Below, piece by piece: positions 19,009-28,845 of a stretch of DNA of 64,000 nt (the stretch's first letter is position 1; every line of letters starts with the position of its first letter). The stretch comes from a virus. Its lineage: Duplodnaviria; Caudoviricetes. A program made the position numbers and the translations under genes. The stretch covers positions 1-64,000 of the IMG/VR virus record IMGVR_UViG_3300028888_000116. One strand, written 5' to 3'. The notes under the pieces are model-generated. The model did not search any database, was not told the DNA's origin, and saw only the letters and a list, made by a program, of their open reading frames with translations.

Positions 19009-21591
19009 ATGAAAACATTTGTTTATGATGCAATAAAAGAAAGACTTATTAAAAGATTAAAATTGAATGCTGATGCAGCAACAGTTCTTGATGATTCAGC
19101 TTTTACTAATATTCTTGATGTTGTTTCAGAAGGTTTCGCTGAAAATGCAAGATATACTGAATATCTTTATCTTGAAAAGAAGTGGGATACAGCTAAAAAT
19201 ATTTCTTCTCTTTTATCAATGGGAGCATTAATCGGAAGAAAAAGATATAGACCAGAATCAGCTACTGGAATTATAATTGTTTCCCATACTGACGATGATA
19301 ATAATAATAGATTGGCAAATTATGGAAGATACTTTTTTGATTTAAACGAAGAATCAGATTATGATGAAATAGATAAAAATGAAGATGCTGATTATATTAA
19401 AAAGAGAGCATTGGTACCTTGGCTGAACTCTTCACTATATACAATTCCCGAAGGCACTGAATTTGTATCTAACTCAGGTATTTCATTTTTCGCTACAAAA
19501 TCAGTAAAGATTAAAAAGCTTGAAAAGAAATATTCTGAAATATCTTCTGACGAAGGTACTCTTAAAGCATTCTTAGCTAGAGGAGGCTGGGACGGAATTA
19601 AATATTTGAAAGTTCCAGTTATTCAAGGTATTAAGAGAAAAGCTCAGGTTGGAGTTTCTACTGGAGAAAGAAATCAAGCATTCAAATTTGAAGCAAGAAA
19701 TATTGAAGCTGGAAATAACTCAATTTCAAAGAAATATTTTTATATTGAAGTAACCGAAAAAGATGGAACTACAACAAAGTGGTTTGAGCTTCCAATGATT
19801 CAATTAGCCGGACCTTATGATAGAGTATTTGAAACGGAACTTTCAGCTGATGGCTCATATATTATAATTAAGTTTGGTAATGGATATTCTGGTAGAATTC
19901 CTACCAAAGATTCAGTTATTGATTTGAATTATATTGAAACTGCTGGAAAGAGTGGAAACATAGAGCAGAACTTCCAAATAAATACAATTAAATTCCCAGC
20001 TGGATATTCATATATAGACCCAAGAACTAAGAATGAAAGAGAATTCCTATCTTGTACAAATATTGCTCCAATATCTGGCGGTAAAGATATTGAATCAAGA
20101 GATGAATTCAGAAAAGATGCTCCTAGTTCATATCTTAAATACTATGCAACTTCAGTAAAATCAAATTATGAGAAAAAGGTTTATGAAAATTCACCTTATT
20201 CTTTATTGAATGCTAAATGTTTTATTTCTTCTGATTTTACTGCTGAACAATTGGATAATTCTATTGATGATGAAATTGAAGAAGAAGTACTTAATCAGCT
20301 TTCTTTAATTTCCAATTCTTTAAATATTACAGCGATTAAATCAAATGGCCAATCAATGAATGAAGTTGAATCTGAATTCTTTATCAATTCACTTTCTGAA
20401 TCGCTCGCTGAAATTAAAGGACCAAATGATGCTTTGAAATATTGCGCCCCTTTAATGATTAAAATGGCTCCATCTATTTTAATCAAAACTTCTGATTTAA
20501 CAGTTACAGATGATGCTGTAATTAATGGAGTTTCTCAAATTATTCAAAGTGAATTCGCAGTATTCCAAAAAGATTTTAAAGATGATTTCGTTTCTTCAAG
20601 GATTATTCACTTGGCTTCATTATTTAATTTTACAGATTCAGTAGAGTTAACTATTGATGCAATCGCTGATGTTGATTATGATAATATTGAATTACTCTGT
20701 ACAGAAAAAGATTCAATTCCTTTAATCTCAGTTCCTTTTAAATTTTCTGATATTTTCTCAAACGATAAATTCAAAAAAGGATTTAAAAATTTCAAAGACG
20801 GAAAGAAGTTTAATTTAAGAGTTGACTTGAGAGTAAAAAATGGTGCTCCTAGTTCTCTTGAAAGAACATTATTATTAATTGATAATAGAGAAAAATTAGA
20901 AGCCATCAAAGATGCAAAACGAGGCGTTATTGATGAAAATGGATTAGCATCAAGTCTTTTCCAAAAGATTCGTTCTGAAAAGAGTGATACTGAGTTCTTC
21001 CTTTATGAAGAAAATAATAGTAGCTATAAGAATAGAAGAATGAGAGTTGCCCAATTCCCGATTCTGATAAATAATGTTTTAACAAACAAATTTATTGATA
21101 ATCTTTTTAGTTTTGAAAATTCTCCATCAGAAATTAGACCTTTTGAGCAAGATAATAATGGTGATAATAAGATTTTACTTTCATCTATTGTTGATGTAAA
21201 TCTTCAAGAGCCAATTAAAGGAAATGAAATTGGTACATATTGTTATAGAAGAAATACTGAATATATAAATTATTTTGATATTTCATATAATGAAGAGTTT
21301 AATGATATTGATAATTACGCCAATGGATTTGTTTTAATTCCTTGTGATTATATCAATTCTTTAGGAACAAATAATGCTACATTGATTACTACTGGATTAA
21401 CTCTTGGACAAATTCAGCAAAGGAACGAAGAATATATTAAAGAGATAAAACGATTGTTGAATGATTATCTTGATATTAAAGTTAGAGCAGAACCTAGAGC
21501 TGATGTAATAACTCCTTTAAAATGGAATGAAATTGTTTTTGTTGATGATGATGATATTACAGTAGAAAAAGAAACCGTCATAAAAGAATAA
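19009..21591 (+). CDS. baseplate wedge protein (T4 gp6/baseplate J-like)
   Basis: KWDTAKNISSL...IGRKRYRPESATG, TIPEGTEF, IKFGNGYSGRIP, NIAPISGGKDIES. Confidence 0.88.
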   Translation: MKTFVYDAIKERLIKRLKLNADAATVLDDSAFTNILDVVSEGFAENARYTEYLYLEKKWDTAKNISSLLSMGALIGRKRYRPESATGIIIVSHTDDDNNNRLANYGRYFFDLNEESDYDEIDKNEDADYIKKRALVPWLNSSLYTIPEGTEFVSNSGISFFATKSVKIKKLEKKYSEISSDEGTLKAFLARGGWDGIKYLKVPVIQGIKRKAQVGVSTGERNQAFKFEARNIEAGNNSISKKYFYIEVTEKDGTTTKWFELPMIQLAGPYDRVFETELSADGSYIIIKFGNGYSGRIPTKDSVIDLNYIETAGKSGNIEQNFQINTIKFPAGYSYIDPRTKNEREFLSCTNIAPISGGKDIESRDEFRKDAPSSYLKYYATSVKSNYEKKVYENSPYSLLNAKCFISSDFTAEQLDNSIDDEIEEEVLNQLSLISNSLNITAIKSNGQSMNEVESEFFINSLSESLAEIKGPNDALKYCAPLMIKMAPSILIKTSDLTVTDDAVINGVSQIIQSEFAVFQKDFKDDFVSSRIIHLASLFNFTDSVELTIDAIADVDYDNIELLCTEKDSIPLISVPFKFSDIFSNDKFKKGFKNFKDGKKFNLRVDLRVKNGAPSSLERTLLLIDNREKLEAIKDAKRGVIDENGLASSLFQKIRSEKSDTEFFLYEENNSSYKNRRMRVAQFPILINNVLTNKFIDNLFSFENSPSEIRPFEQDNNGDNKILLSSIVDVNLQEPIKGNEIGTYCYRRNTEYINYFDISYNEEFNDIDNYANGFVLIPCDYINSLGTNNATLITTGLTLGQIQQRNEEYIKEIKRLLNDYLDIKVRAEPRADVITPLKWNEIVFVDDDDITVEKETVIKE

Positions 21592-21710
21592 TCTTTAAAT
21601 TAGGATTATACTAATTTCCTAATTATTTTCTTTTGTGATGGCGATGTTTTCAGATTTTTTCAAATTCGCGGGATTGAAAATTTCTTATACATTTACCAAC
21701 ATAGAAAATA

Positions 21711-21749
21711 AGAAAGGGTGTAGAATATTTAAAACTACACCCTTTTCTT
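21711..21749. terminator. bidirectional terminator hairpin
   Basis: AGAAAGGGTGTAG...CTACACCCTTTTCT between convergent units. Confidence 0.8.
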
Positions 21750-22077
21750 ATTAAATTACTATTAAATTATTATTAAATTATTATTTATCTTTTTAAAAGG
21801 ACCGATTCTTTTTAAGGCTTACATACAATAATAAATGCTTGATGAATCCGAAAATTCAACAGAATCTGGTGGGAGGCGAGCTGACCAATTACTTCCTTTC
21901 CCATTAATTTTTCCTTTCGCAAGCTCTTTTCATCATACTAATATTATAAAACTAAAATTATAAAATCATTTTAATTCGGCGGGCCTCTTGTCATTTAAAC
22001 CTCCAATAATGAAGCAGCTCTAGAATTGCTTCAAAGATAAATTTTACCATAAATATTTTTTAAGATAGGGAGCTACC

Positions 22078-22326
22078 CTATACGAAAACTTCTTCCCATA
22101 AGCAAGGAATAAATCTTATATTTTCAATATAAGGCATCCTGCTATTCATCAAAGATTGTATTGGCACTCTTTCTTGTCCATATATTTTTCTGTAAATATC
22201 TTCTTCTGAAATTGGATTTGCTATTCCATCAATAAGGATAGTTTTTGAATCTTCGTGGTACTGATGAAGATTACTTATAGTAATCAAATAATATCCTTTT
22301 TTGATAAGCAAAGAATTGGGATTCAT
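22078..22326 (-). CDS. hypothetical protein
   Basis: 82-aa ORF coupled to the upstream ORF. Confidence 0.6.
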   Translation of the reverse strand: MNPNSLLIKKGYYLITISNLHQYHEDSKTILIDGIANPISEEDIYRKIYGQERVPIQSLMNSRMPYIENIRFIPCLWEEVFV

Positions 22327-22523
22327 TACTCGTCCTCGTAATATTCAACAGAGATGATTTTCCAGTCGTTGAACTCATCTTCATCTTCAAATTGAGCCTG
22401 GTCGAAAGCCTTCATCTTAGCTTCCTGTTCTGAATTTACCAAACTTCCATCTACAAAATAATCATCAGTTCCGTAAGACTGACCATCTAAAAATTTTTCG
22501 ATTGTTACCTTGTATGTTCCCAT
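22326..22523 (-). CDS. small acidic hypothetical protein
   Basis: GGAG SD, 65 aa. Confidence 0.65.
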   Translation of the reverse strand: MGTYKVTIEKFLDGQSYGTDDYFVDGSLVNSEQEAKMKAFDQAQFEDEDEFNDWKIISVEYYEDE

Positions 22524-22870
22524 ATTTTCAAATCTCCAATGCTAAATTTCTACAGTTGGCGCCATTCGTAGATTTTCTCTGACTTTCTTATTTATTTGAA
22601 AATTTATTTATCAACATTTTCTAAATTAAAAGTATTTGGAGTAATTCCAAGTTGCTGATTTAATAATTCTTCCTGTACACTTTGAAGAACAAATGCTCTT
22701 TCAATAAATTGAAGTTCACAATAATCTAAATCTTGCTTGTCTTTTATTTTTTGAAAAACTCTTTTTGCAAAATCATTCATTGTTAACTCCTCGTAATATT
22801 TATTTGAAAACTTTACCCCATAAACAAGGAATAAATCTTTTCGATTGTTACCTTGTATGTTCCCATATTT
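22495..22870. repeat. 33-bp exact direct repeat (22495-22527 = 22838-22870)
   Basis: ttttcgattgttaccttgtatgttcccatattt in both places. Confidence 0.9.
22604..22780 (-). CDS. small hypothetical protein (not in ORF track)
   Basis: GAGGAG SD; my translation is MNDFAKRVFQKIKDKQDLDYCELQFIERAF...ENVDK. Confidence 0.55.
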   Translation of the reverse strand: MNDFAKRVFQKIKDKQDLDYCELQFIERAFVLQSVQEELLNQQLGITPNTFNLENVDK

Positions 22871-22897
22871 ATTATATAATAAATATGGAATAAAAAG

Positions 22898-24556
22898 TTA
22901 AAATTCAAATCCCATTTTTTCCATAAATTCATCTTGTTTGACTTTCATTGTTTCATAACTTCTATCATTAAGAGCCATCGGTCGCCAAACTACGAATGGT
23001 ATGAATTCATTATCATATTTATTTAGAAGCTCTATTGTTCCCGTTACAGCATCTGCAGCATCTTTTGCATTGACACCTCTTTGGTCCGTTTCCCAATCTC
23101 CATTTCCATCGGTCACAATATCTCCACTGAAGTGGTCAATTTTTGTTGTTCCTTTTCCCTGTTTTCTTTTTTCAAAATGGAGAGAAAGCATATTATTTTT
23201 CATATAGATACATTTTCCAGCGAACCATCTTTTATGTTGAACATAGTCAATAAAATTAAGATAAGGCTCGTTTGTTTTATCTACAGAAATATAATCTACA
23301 TCAATTCCTTTTCTTTTCAAAAACTGAATAGAAGGTTGAGACTGGAATCCATCATAAGAAACGTGTTTTATTTTCAGATTTCCAAGTGAAACTAAATCCC
23401 AAATAAAACATTTAATTGCATCAAGGTTTATGATTCCACCTTTTGGTATAATTGTAATAATAAAATCAGTGACAAATACTTTTACAGGATTTCCTGTTAC
23501 AGCATCTTTTCTTTCTGAATCTCGTTCTACGTGAGACATCGCAATTGAAGTAACGTCTCCTGCATAAGATTGGTCGACGGAAACTACTCTAGGTATTCCT
23601 GGCTCATAATAGAAATAATATTTATCAATAATTTTATTAAAAAACTTATCTTTAATCTGATTCCAAATCAAATGCTCTGGTTCTTCTTCAGCAGGAGCTG
23701 TAATTTGTCCAAACATATTTCTTAAATTATTTTCAAAACAATCATTTACAGTTTGCTTATTATAGAAGATTCTATCAGGAGTACCAGATGGAATACCGCA
23801 TTGGTCTCTTAAAAACTCTATTGGAGATTCAAGAGCGGCATCCAACATAGATTTATTACCATTTGATGTTACCTGAGTTGTTGGAGCCCATACTATATCA
23901 GTTGATTGATAGGTTGATAATTCGCCTTCTGATTCAATTACTTTTGGAGGCTGTCCAGCATTTCCTTTAAAAATAGGGAATGTTTGTTTTTTATTAAATT
24001 CTTTTTTCAAGCATTCTTGGTCAAGTGCCTTTTTTATTGCTTCTTTTGTCTCTACTTCTCCAGTTGGTGAAGATTTCCAATTTGGTCTTGGAGTTTCCCA
24101 AGCATAAGGATATTCTTGTGGAAAGTATTTCCATCTTGAGCCAGTAACAATGTAATTTTCATTACTATTTGGGGCCTCGTGCCAAATCCAATCGTCAATT
24201 ACTGATTCAAGAGAGTTTGGCTGAGAGTCAATTATCATTCTTCCATAATAATTGCCTTTCATACGGTTATCAATTCTTTTTCTTAATTTTGTAAAGAAAG
24301 TAAAAATCTTTTCATTAGTCCAACCATTTTCAGTAAACATTGTCATTTCAGATATAACAGCTGAAATAATATTCTGTCCCAAAATAGAACCAGGGCCATT
24401 TATGATTTTATAATTTACCCCATTCTGAAATTGCAAAACTGAATTATGAGTTACTATATTATCTTCAGTTAAATAAAGACCATCTTCAGTGGATAAATGA
24501 ATACACTTTTGTTTTTCTTTTCCTATATATTTTATACTTTTAATTTTAATTGGCAT
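22898..24556 (-). CDS. terL: terminase large subunit C-terminal part, preceded by split intein C-half (aa 1-38)
   Basis: MPIKIKSIKYIGKEKQKCIHL...IVTHN|S, then ATPase remainder and RNase H-like nuclease motifs (VSVDQS, SYDGFQS, IDH...KDAADAV); AAGGTGG SD. Confidence 0.9.
   Translation of the reverse strand: MPIKIKSIKYIGKEKQKCIHLSTEDGLYLTEDNIVTHNSVLQFQNGVNYKIINGPGSILGQNIISAVISEMTMFTENGWTNEKIFTFFTKLRKRIDNRMKGNYYGRMIIDSQPNSLESVIDDWIWHEAPNSNENYIVTGSRWKYFPQEYPYAWETPRPNWKSSPTGEVETKEAIKKALDQECLKKEFNKKQTFPIFKGNAGQPPKVIESEGELSTYQSTDIVWAPTTQVTSNGNKSMLDAALESPIEFLRDQCGIPSGTPDRIFYNKQTVNDCFENNLRNMFGQITAPAEEEPEHLIWNQIKDKFFNKIIDKYYFYYEPGIPRVVSVDQSYAGDVTSIAMSHVERDSERKDAVTGNPVKVFVTDFIITIIPKGGIINLDAIKCFIWDLVSLGNLKIKHVSYDGFQSQPSIQFLKRKGIDVDYISVDKTNEPYLNFIDYVQHKRWFAGKCIYMKNNMLSLHFEKRKQGKGTTKIDHFSGDIVTDGNGDWETDQRGVNAKDAADAVTGTIELLNKYDNEFIPFVVWRPMALNDRSYETMKVKQDEFMEKMGFEF
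24443..24556 (-). mobile_element. split intein C-half (38 aa, blocks F and G)
   Basis: block F KCI (Cys F4), block G VTHN, +1 residue Ser. Confidence 0.9.
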
Positions 24557-25361
24557 ATTTCCACCTTAATTTTTCTCCATTTATTGACCCAGCAACTCCG
24601 CCATTTACTTTGCAAGCTTCGGATATATGCCTTGCCATTGGATACTTATTTCTTGCTTCTTGTATTGTTTCAAAATATTCTCCAGTATTTATTAAAATAC
24701 AGGCTCTTGCCCTTGGGTTATTTCTCCCTTTTCTTTTTTCAGAGCCTTTTCCAAAATGCTCTTTTCTTTCACTTTCAGACATTTTAGAAATGGTTTCACT
24801 TCTTGATTTTTTTATTTTATCAAGAGTATCTTGAGTATGAGTTTTTCCATAAAACGGATTATTTTTTCCTGTTTTATCATAACCATTAAATTTTTTTGAA
24901 CGCTCTTCTTTTGACATTTTAGAAATTGTTTCAGCCCTTGCTTTTCTTGCTTTTTCTATCTGCTCTTTTGTTGGGTGCCACTCACCACGATAATTAATTC
25001 CTCGTCTATTTTCAGAGTTTATTTTTCTTATTTTCTCATATTCTCTTGAAGTAATTTTATATTTTTCTTTATTTTTTCCCATTGACATATAATATATAGC
25101 ATAAGTCATTTCTCTTGAAGGGTAAATTTTTAATAAAAGCTGATGACAAAAGAAATGCTCTCTTGCTGTTAAAGCAACAATATTTTCTTCTTTTTTATTC
25201 CAATTAGGAAATAAACTTCTTGGCAAAATATGATGAAACTCAAAATATTGATTTTCAAATTTTTTTCTTCTCGAATGAGATAAATTATCTGGCCTATTTC
25301 CTAATTTCATTTCATTTTTTGCGTTTGAAATTATTTTCATATAAATTCTTCTATAATTCAT
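24546..25361 (-). mobile_element. free-standing HNH homing endonuclease with NUMOD3-type repeats
   Basis: FEFHHILPRS...NIVALTAREHFFCHQLL; GKNNPFYGKTHTQDTLDKI; lies between the intein halves. Confidence 0.9.
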
Positions 25362-25379
25362 ATTAAATTAGTAAATTTT

Positions 25380-26462
25380 TTACTTGGAGTTGGTAGGGAA
25401 GTCGTCCAATTCTATAATTTCCCAATCAAACTCCGGGTGTTCCATAATATATTTTAAATTTTGAACTTCCCATTCACTTTCTGGTGAACGCCTTACTTTC
25501 CATAAATGAAAATCAGAACATCTAACTTTTCTGCCATCTTCTAATTCAATTTCGTAACAATCTGCTTCACCTTCAAAAGGGATATTTGTAACTGTTGCTT
25601 CACCTTGACTTGGAGATTTTACTTTATCTCCAATTTTTATTTCGCCCATTGTTTTTATTGAATTATCAGCCATTATTATTTTTGAATCTAAAGGCTGCGC
25701 AGTCGGGCTTGATGTTGTCCAGTGAAGGCAATTCGTTAATTCATCTCCAGCGGCATCAACCAAATCTGTATGAGAACGAACTCTCTTAAAATATGGACTC
25801 TGCTCAAGAATCTGAATAAATGGCTCAACAAGTAATTCCGATGCTTTCTTCTGATTCCAAGCACCCATACATTGAGTAAATACTGATGATGGAGCAAGAT
25901 TAAAGAATTTCCACGGATGCCACATCATAGCATAATGAGTAGAAATATATAATTGAATAAGGGTTGATAATGTTGATTTACCAGCACCAATACATTGAGT
26001 TAAAACTAAAGTTCTATATGGTTTTAATGGATTCATAAAATCTATGAATACATCTCTAGCCCAATCGAATGTTGATTCAGCCTGATTTCCGATATATTTT
26101 TCAGTTAAGAACTCTTCGGGAGTTGGGGGCTTTGCTTTAAAATTTAATCTCCAACCTTCTGCCAATAAATTATCTTTAAATGAATCATTTAACTTATCAT
26201 TTCTAGCAAGCCATTCTATAGCTGCCATAATATTATCAATATTTAAATTTTCTACGAGTTTATTATCAAATTGAGAAGTATCTCCAGCTAAAATATCTTC
26301 AAGAATATATTTTAATTCGCCCAATTCATTAGGGAGAGGTAAATTTTCAGATGGAGTTACAATGCCCTTTTCAATTTCCCATTTTGTTTTATCAGTATCA
26401 AAATCTTTAACTTTAATTGAGAATGGGTTCTCGTCAGGGTTTGAAATTATATTTTCGTCCAT
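25380..26462 (-). CDS. terL: terminase large subunit N-terminal ATPase part, fused to split intein N-half
   Basis: PPTPEEFLTEKYIG, Walker A LTQCIGAGKST; intein begins after ...WTTSSPT. Confidence 0.9.
   Translation of the reverse strand: MDENIISNPDENPFSIKVKDFDTDKTKWEIEKGIVTPSENLPLPNELGELKYILEDILAGDTSQFDNKLVENLNIDNIMAAIEWLARNDKLNDSFKDNLLAEGWRLNFKAKPPTPEEFLTEKYIGNQAESTFDWARDVFIDFMNPLKPYRTLVLTQCIGAGKSTLSTLIQLYISTHYAMMWHPWKFFNLAPSSVFTQCMGAWNQKKASELLVEPFIQILEQSPYFKRVRSHTDLVDAAGDELTNCLHWTTSSPTAQPLDSKIIMADNSIKTMGEIKIGDKVKSPSQGEATVTNIPFEGEADCYEIELEDGRKVRCSDFHLWKVRRSPESEWEVQNLKYIMEHPEFDWEIIELDDFPTNSK
25383..25700 (-). mobile_element. split intein N-half (106 aa, Ala1)
   Basis: AQPLDSKI...MGEIKIGDKV (block A), CYEIELEDGRKVRCSDFHLW (block B His and Trp). 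Confidence 0.9.
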
Positions 26463-26527
26463 AATTATTTAGTCATATAAAATTAAATAGAGTTTACCCA
26501 AAATGTGGATATTATGTGGAAAACTTG

Positions 26528-28609
26528 TTAACTAAAATTCATTCCTTGTTGAGCATTAAAGATTCTTTTCCAATTATCTTGTGAAATATAATCTTTATTC
26601 ATAAGAGAATTTAAAAGATTTCCTTTTGTTCTTAAGTTCTCAGCTTGGATATAATCAATAGAATTCTTATAACAGAATGTATAAGTTCTACTCATAGCAT
26701 CTTTACCGGGTCTGTGGATTCTTCCCCTACTCTGTTCATAAACAGTATAATTATAAGTCTTTTCAAGATAGCATTGGAATTTACATTCAGTAAGAGTTAC
26801 AGAAGTATTCATAATATTTATAGAAGCGATAATAATTTTATGTTTATTATTATTCTTAAATTCTTTTATCGCATTTGAAATATCATCTTTACCCATTCCA
26901 GCTTGAATTACTATTGGGTCATATTTTTTTAATGAACTCTTTAAACAGTCAGCCGTTTTTGGGTGATAATACCAAACAATTCCTCGTTCTTCTGATTCAT
27001 CAACTCTATCTATTAAAACATCTTTAAGAGCATCAAATTTTGTTGCATCATTTTGGTATTTATAACTCTTTATACTTTTCTGTAATTCAGATGGAAATTT
27101 CTCAAATGTCGGAGTGTTCACAATACATTCGGGATTGTCTACTGCTAATTGGAATATTCCAAACATATTCATAATAGAATCTTTAACTGTAGCTTCTCCA
27201 GCTAATTTTCTAGCCTGGGCTGCTTTTAATTCTTCTTTTGTGAACTCTTCATATATTTTTCTTTGTAATGGACTCATATCAAGATAAATCGTTGGAACGT
27301 CATAATCCATCGGCAAATCAAGACATTCATTCATCATTCTTTTTGAGCCATATACTGATAATAATATTTTATTTAATTCATTTATTTTTTCAAGATTCCA
27401 AGTTTCTTCATTAATAGCATATTTTGAAAATCTATTACCTAATTGAACATAATCAGTAAGCCAATCTTCATAGGATTTTCCATTAACTAATGCTCTATCC
27501 AAAATTTTAAGAGGCTGATATAATTTTTCATATTTATCTGCTAATGTTCCAGTAAACTCATATCTATATTTGAAATATGTAATATTCATATTCAGTAATT
27601 GAGAACGTCTAGAACCAGGATTATTTATTGTATGAACTTCATCAAGAAATAATCCACCATTATGTCCCTGTAGCCATTCTACTATTGGGATAGACGATTC
27701 CCGATATTTTGTTTTTTCACTTGGATGTGATTTTGCTCTTAAGTTTTTTAATTCATCAGTAATCTTTTTATATTCTTTATCAGTCTTTAATAATTCTTCA
27801 GCTTCATCTGCTCTTATTCCTAATAATTTTTTAGCAGCTTTAAAATTCTTTCTATATTCTTGTTCTAATTTTACCTGAGTTTCAATTTGTTTTGGTAATT
27901 TAGATGGAATATGAGTTTTATCATAATAATAATTATTTACTGACTTAAAAGAATCATAAGTCATTATAATAATTTTATATGGATATTTTTCAATATTAAA
28001 AATATCGCGGTCTTCAAAAGATTTTTCAGAAATAGAATTCAAAACAAATATTTCTTCATCTTTAAGAGTTGTTCCAAACTTTAATAATTCATCTTTAAGA
28101 TTATAAACTCCAACTCCAGTTGAGAAGATTAAACATTTATCTATTTTCTTATAATAACGAAGATTCTCAATTAAAGCAGCAAGACAGTAGCTTTTGCCTA
28201 GTCCCATTTGCCAGTTGAATAAAAATCTATTCTGTCTTAATGCTCTACTTATATCTTCCTTTTGATAATTTTCAAATGGGTGAATACCCTTTAAAGGTGG
28301 GAATTTTAATAAATCTTCTTTAAATAATATACGTTCTTTTGATTGTTCAAGTTCTTTTAGATTATCTAAATATAATTGAATATTTCTTGCTTCTAATTCA
28401 GAAAACTCTACATTAAAGCCATTATATTTTAATTCTAACTCTAAATCATAAGCATCAAATATAGATTTTTCCCAAAGCTTTGTTTCAAAATTAAAGCTAC
28501 AACCATTTTCTTTTAGGGTTTCGTATGCTCTTTGGAATTCAGATTTTGAGTTTTCTCTTATTTTAATTTCGAGTTTTCCAGTACTATTATTACAAAAGAA
28601 CTCAATCAT
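26528..28609 (-). CDS. SNF2/SWI2-family helicase
   Basis: NWQMGLGKS, IMTYDSF, FLDEVH, FTGT, YEQSRGRIHRPG. Confidence 0.92.
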   Translation of the reverse strand: MIEFFCNNSTGKLEIKIRENSKSEFQRAYETLKENGCSFNFETKLWEKSIFDAYDLELELKYNGFNVEFSELEARNIQLYLDNLKELEQSKERILFKEDLLKFPPLKGIHPFENYQKEDISRALRQNRFLFNWQMGLGKSYCLAALIENLRYYKKIDKCLIFSTGVGVYNLKDELLKFGTTLKDEEIFVLNSISEKSFEDRDIFNIEKYPYKIIIMTYDSFKSVNNYYYDKTHIPSKLPKQIETQVKLEQEYRKNFKAAKKLLGIRADEAEELLKTDKEYKKITDELKNLRAKSHPSEKTKYRESSIPIVEWLQGHNGGLFLDEVHTINNPGSRRSQLLNMNITYFKYRYEFTGTLADKYEKLYQPLKILDRALVNGKSYEDWLTDYVQLGNRFSKYAINEETWNLEKINELNKILLSVYGSKRMMNECLDLPMDYDVPTIYLDMSPLQRKIYEEFTKEELKAAQARKLAGEATVKDSIMNMFGIFQLAVDNPECIVNTPTFEKFPSELQKSIKSYKYQNDATKFDALKDVLIDRVDESEERGIVWYYHPKTADCLKSSLKKYDPIVIQAGMGKDDISNAIKEFKNNNKHKIIIASINIMNTSVTLTECKFQCYLEKTYNYTVYEQSRGRIHRPGKDAMSRTYTFCYKNSIDYIQAENLRTKGNLLNSLMNKDYISQDNWKRIFNAQQGMNFS

Positions 28610-28618
28610 TTTCTTAAA

Positions 28619-28714
28619 TTAACTTTTATCATACACATTTAATAAATCTATAAAGAATATGAAATGAAGTGTGGAATAAATTGTAGATAATACTATAAAT
28701 ATAAATAATTCCAT
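28619..28714 (-). CDS. 31-aa hydrophobic peptide (not in ORF track)
   Basis: AAGGAG SD then MELFIFIVLSTIYSTLHFIFFIDLLNVYDKS. Confidence 0.5.
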   Translation of the reverse strand: MELFIFIVLSTIYSTLHFIFFIDLLNVYDKS

Positions 28715-28845
28715 CTAAAGGCTCCTTTATAACAAATATAACAAAAAATTATAAATTTTTTCCACTAAAACCTGAATTTTTTGCAAACTCATAGTGTAAA
28801 TTTATATGATAAACAAAAAGATGTATTTTTACATCTAATTTATTT

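Noticed and set aside
24443-25700. Single contiguous intein with an internal HNH domain, broken by sequencing errors
   Set aside because: It would need readthrough of two TAA codons (25380-82 and 25368-70) plus a frameshift; HNH and TerL-C each have their own initiation signals.
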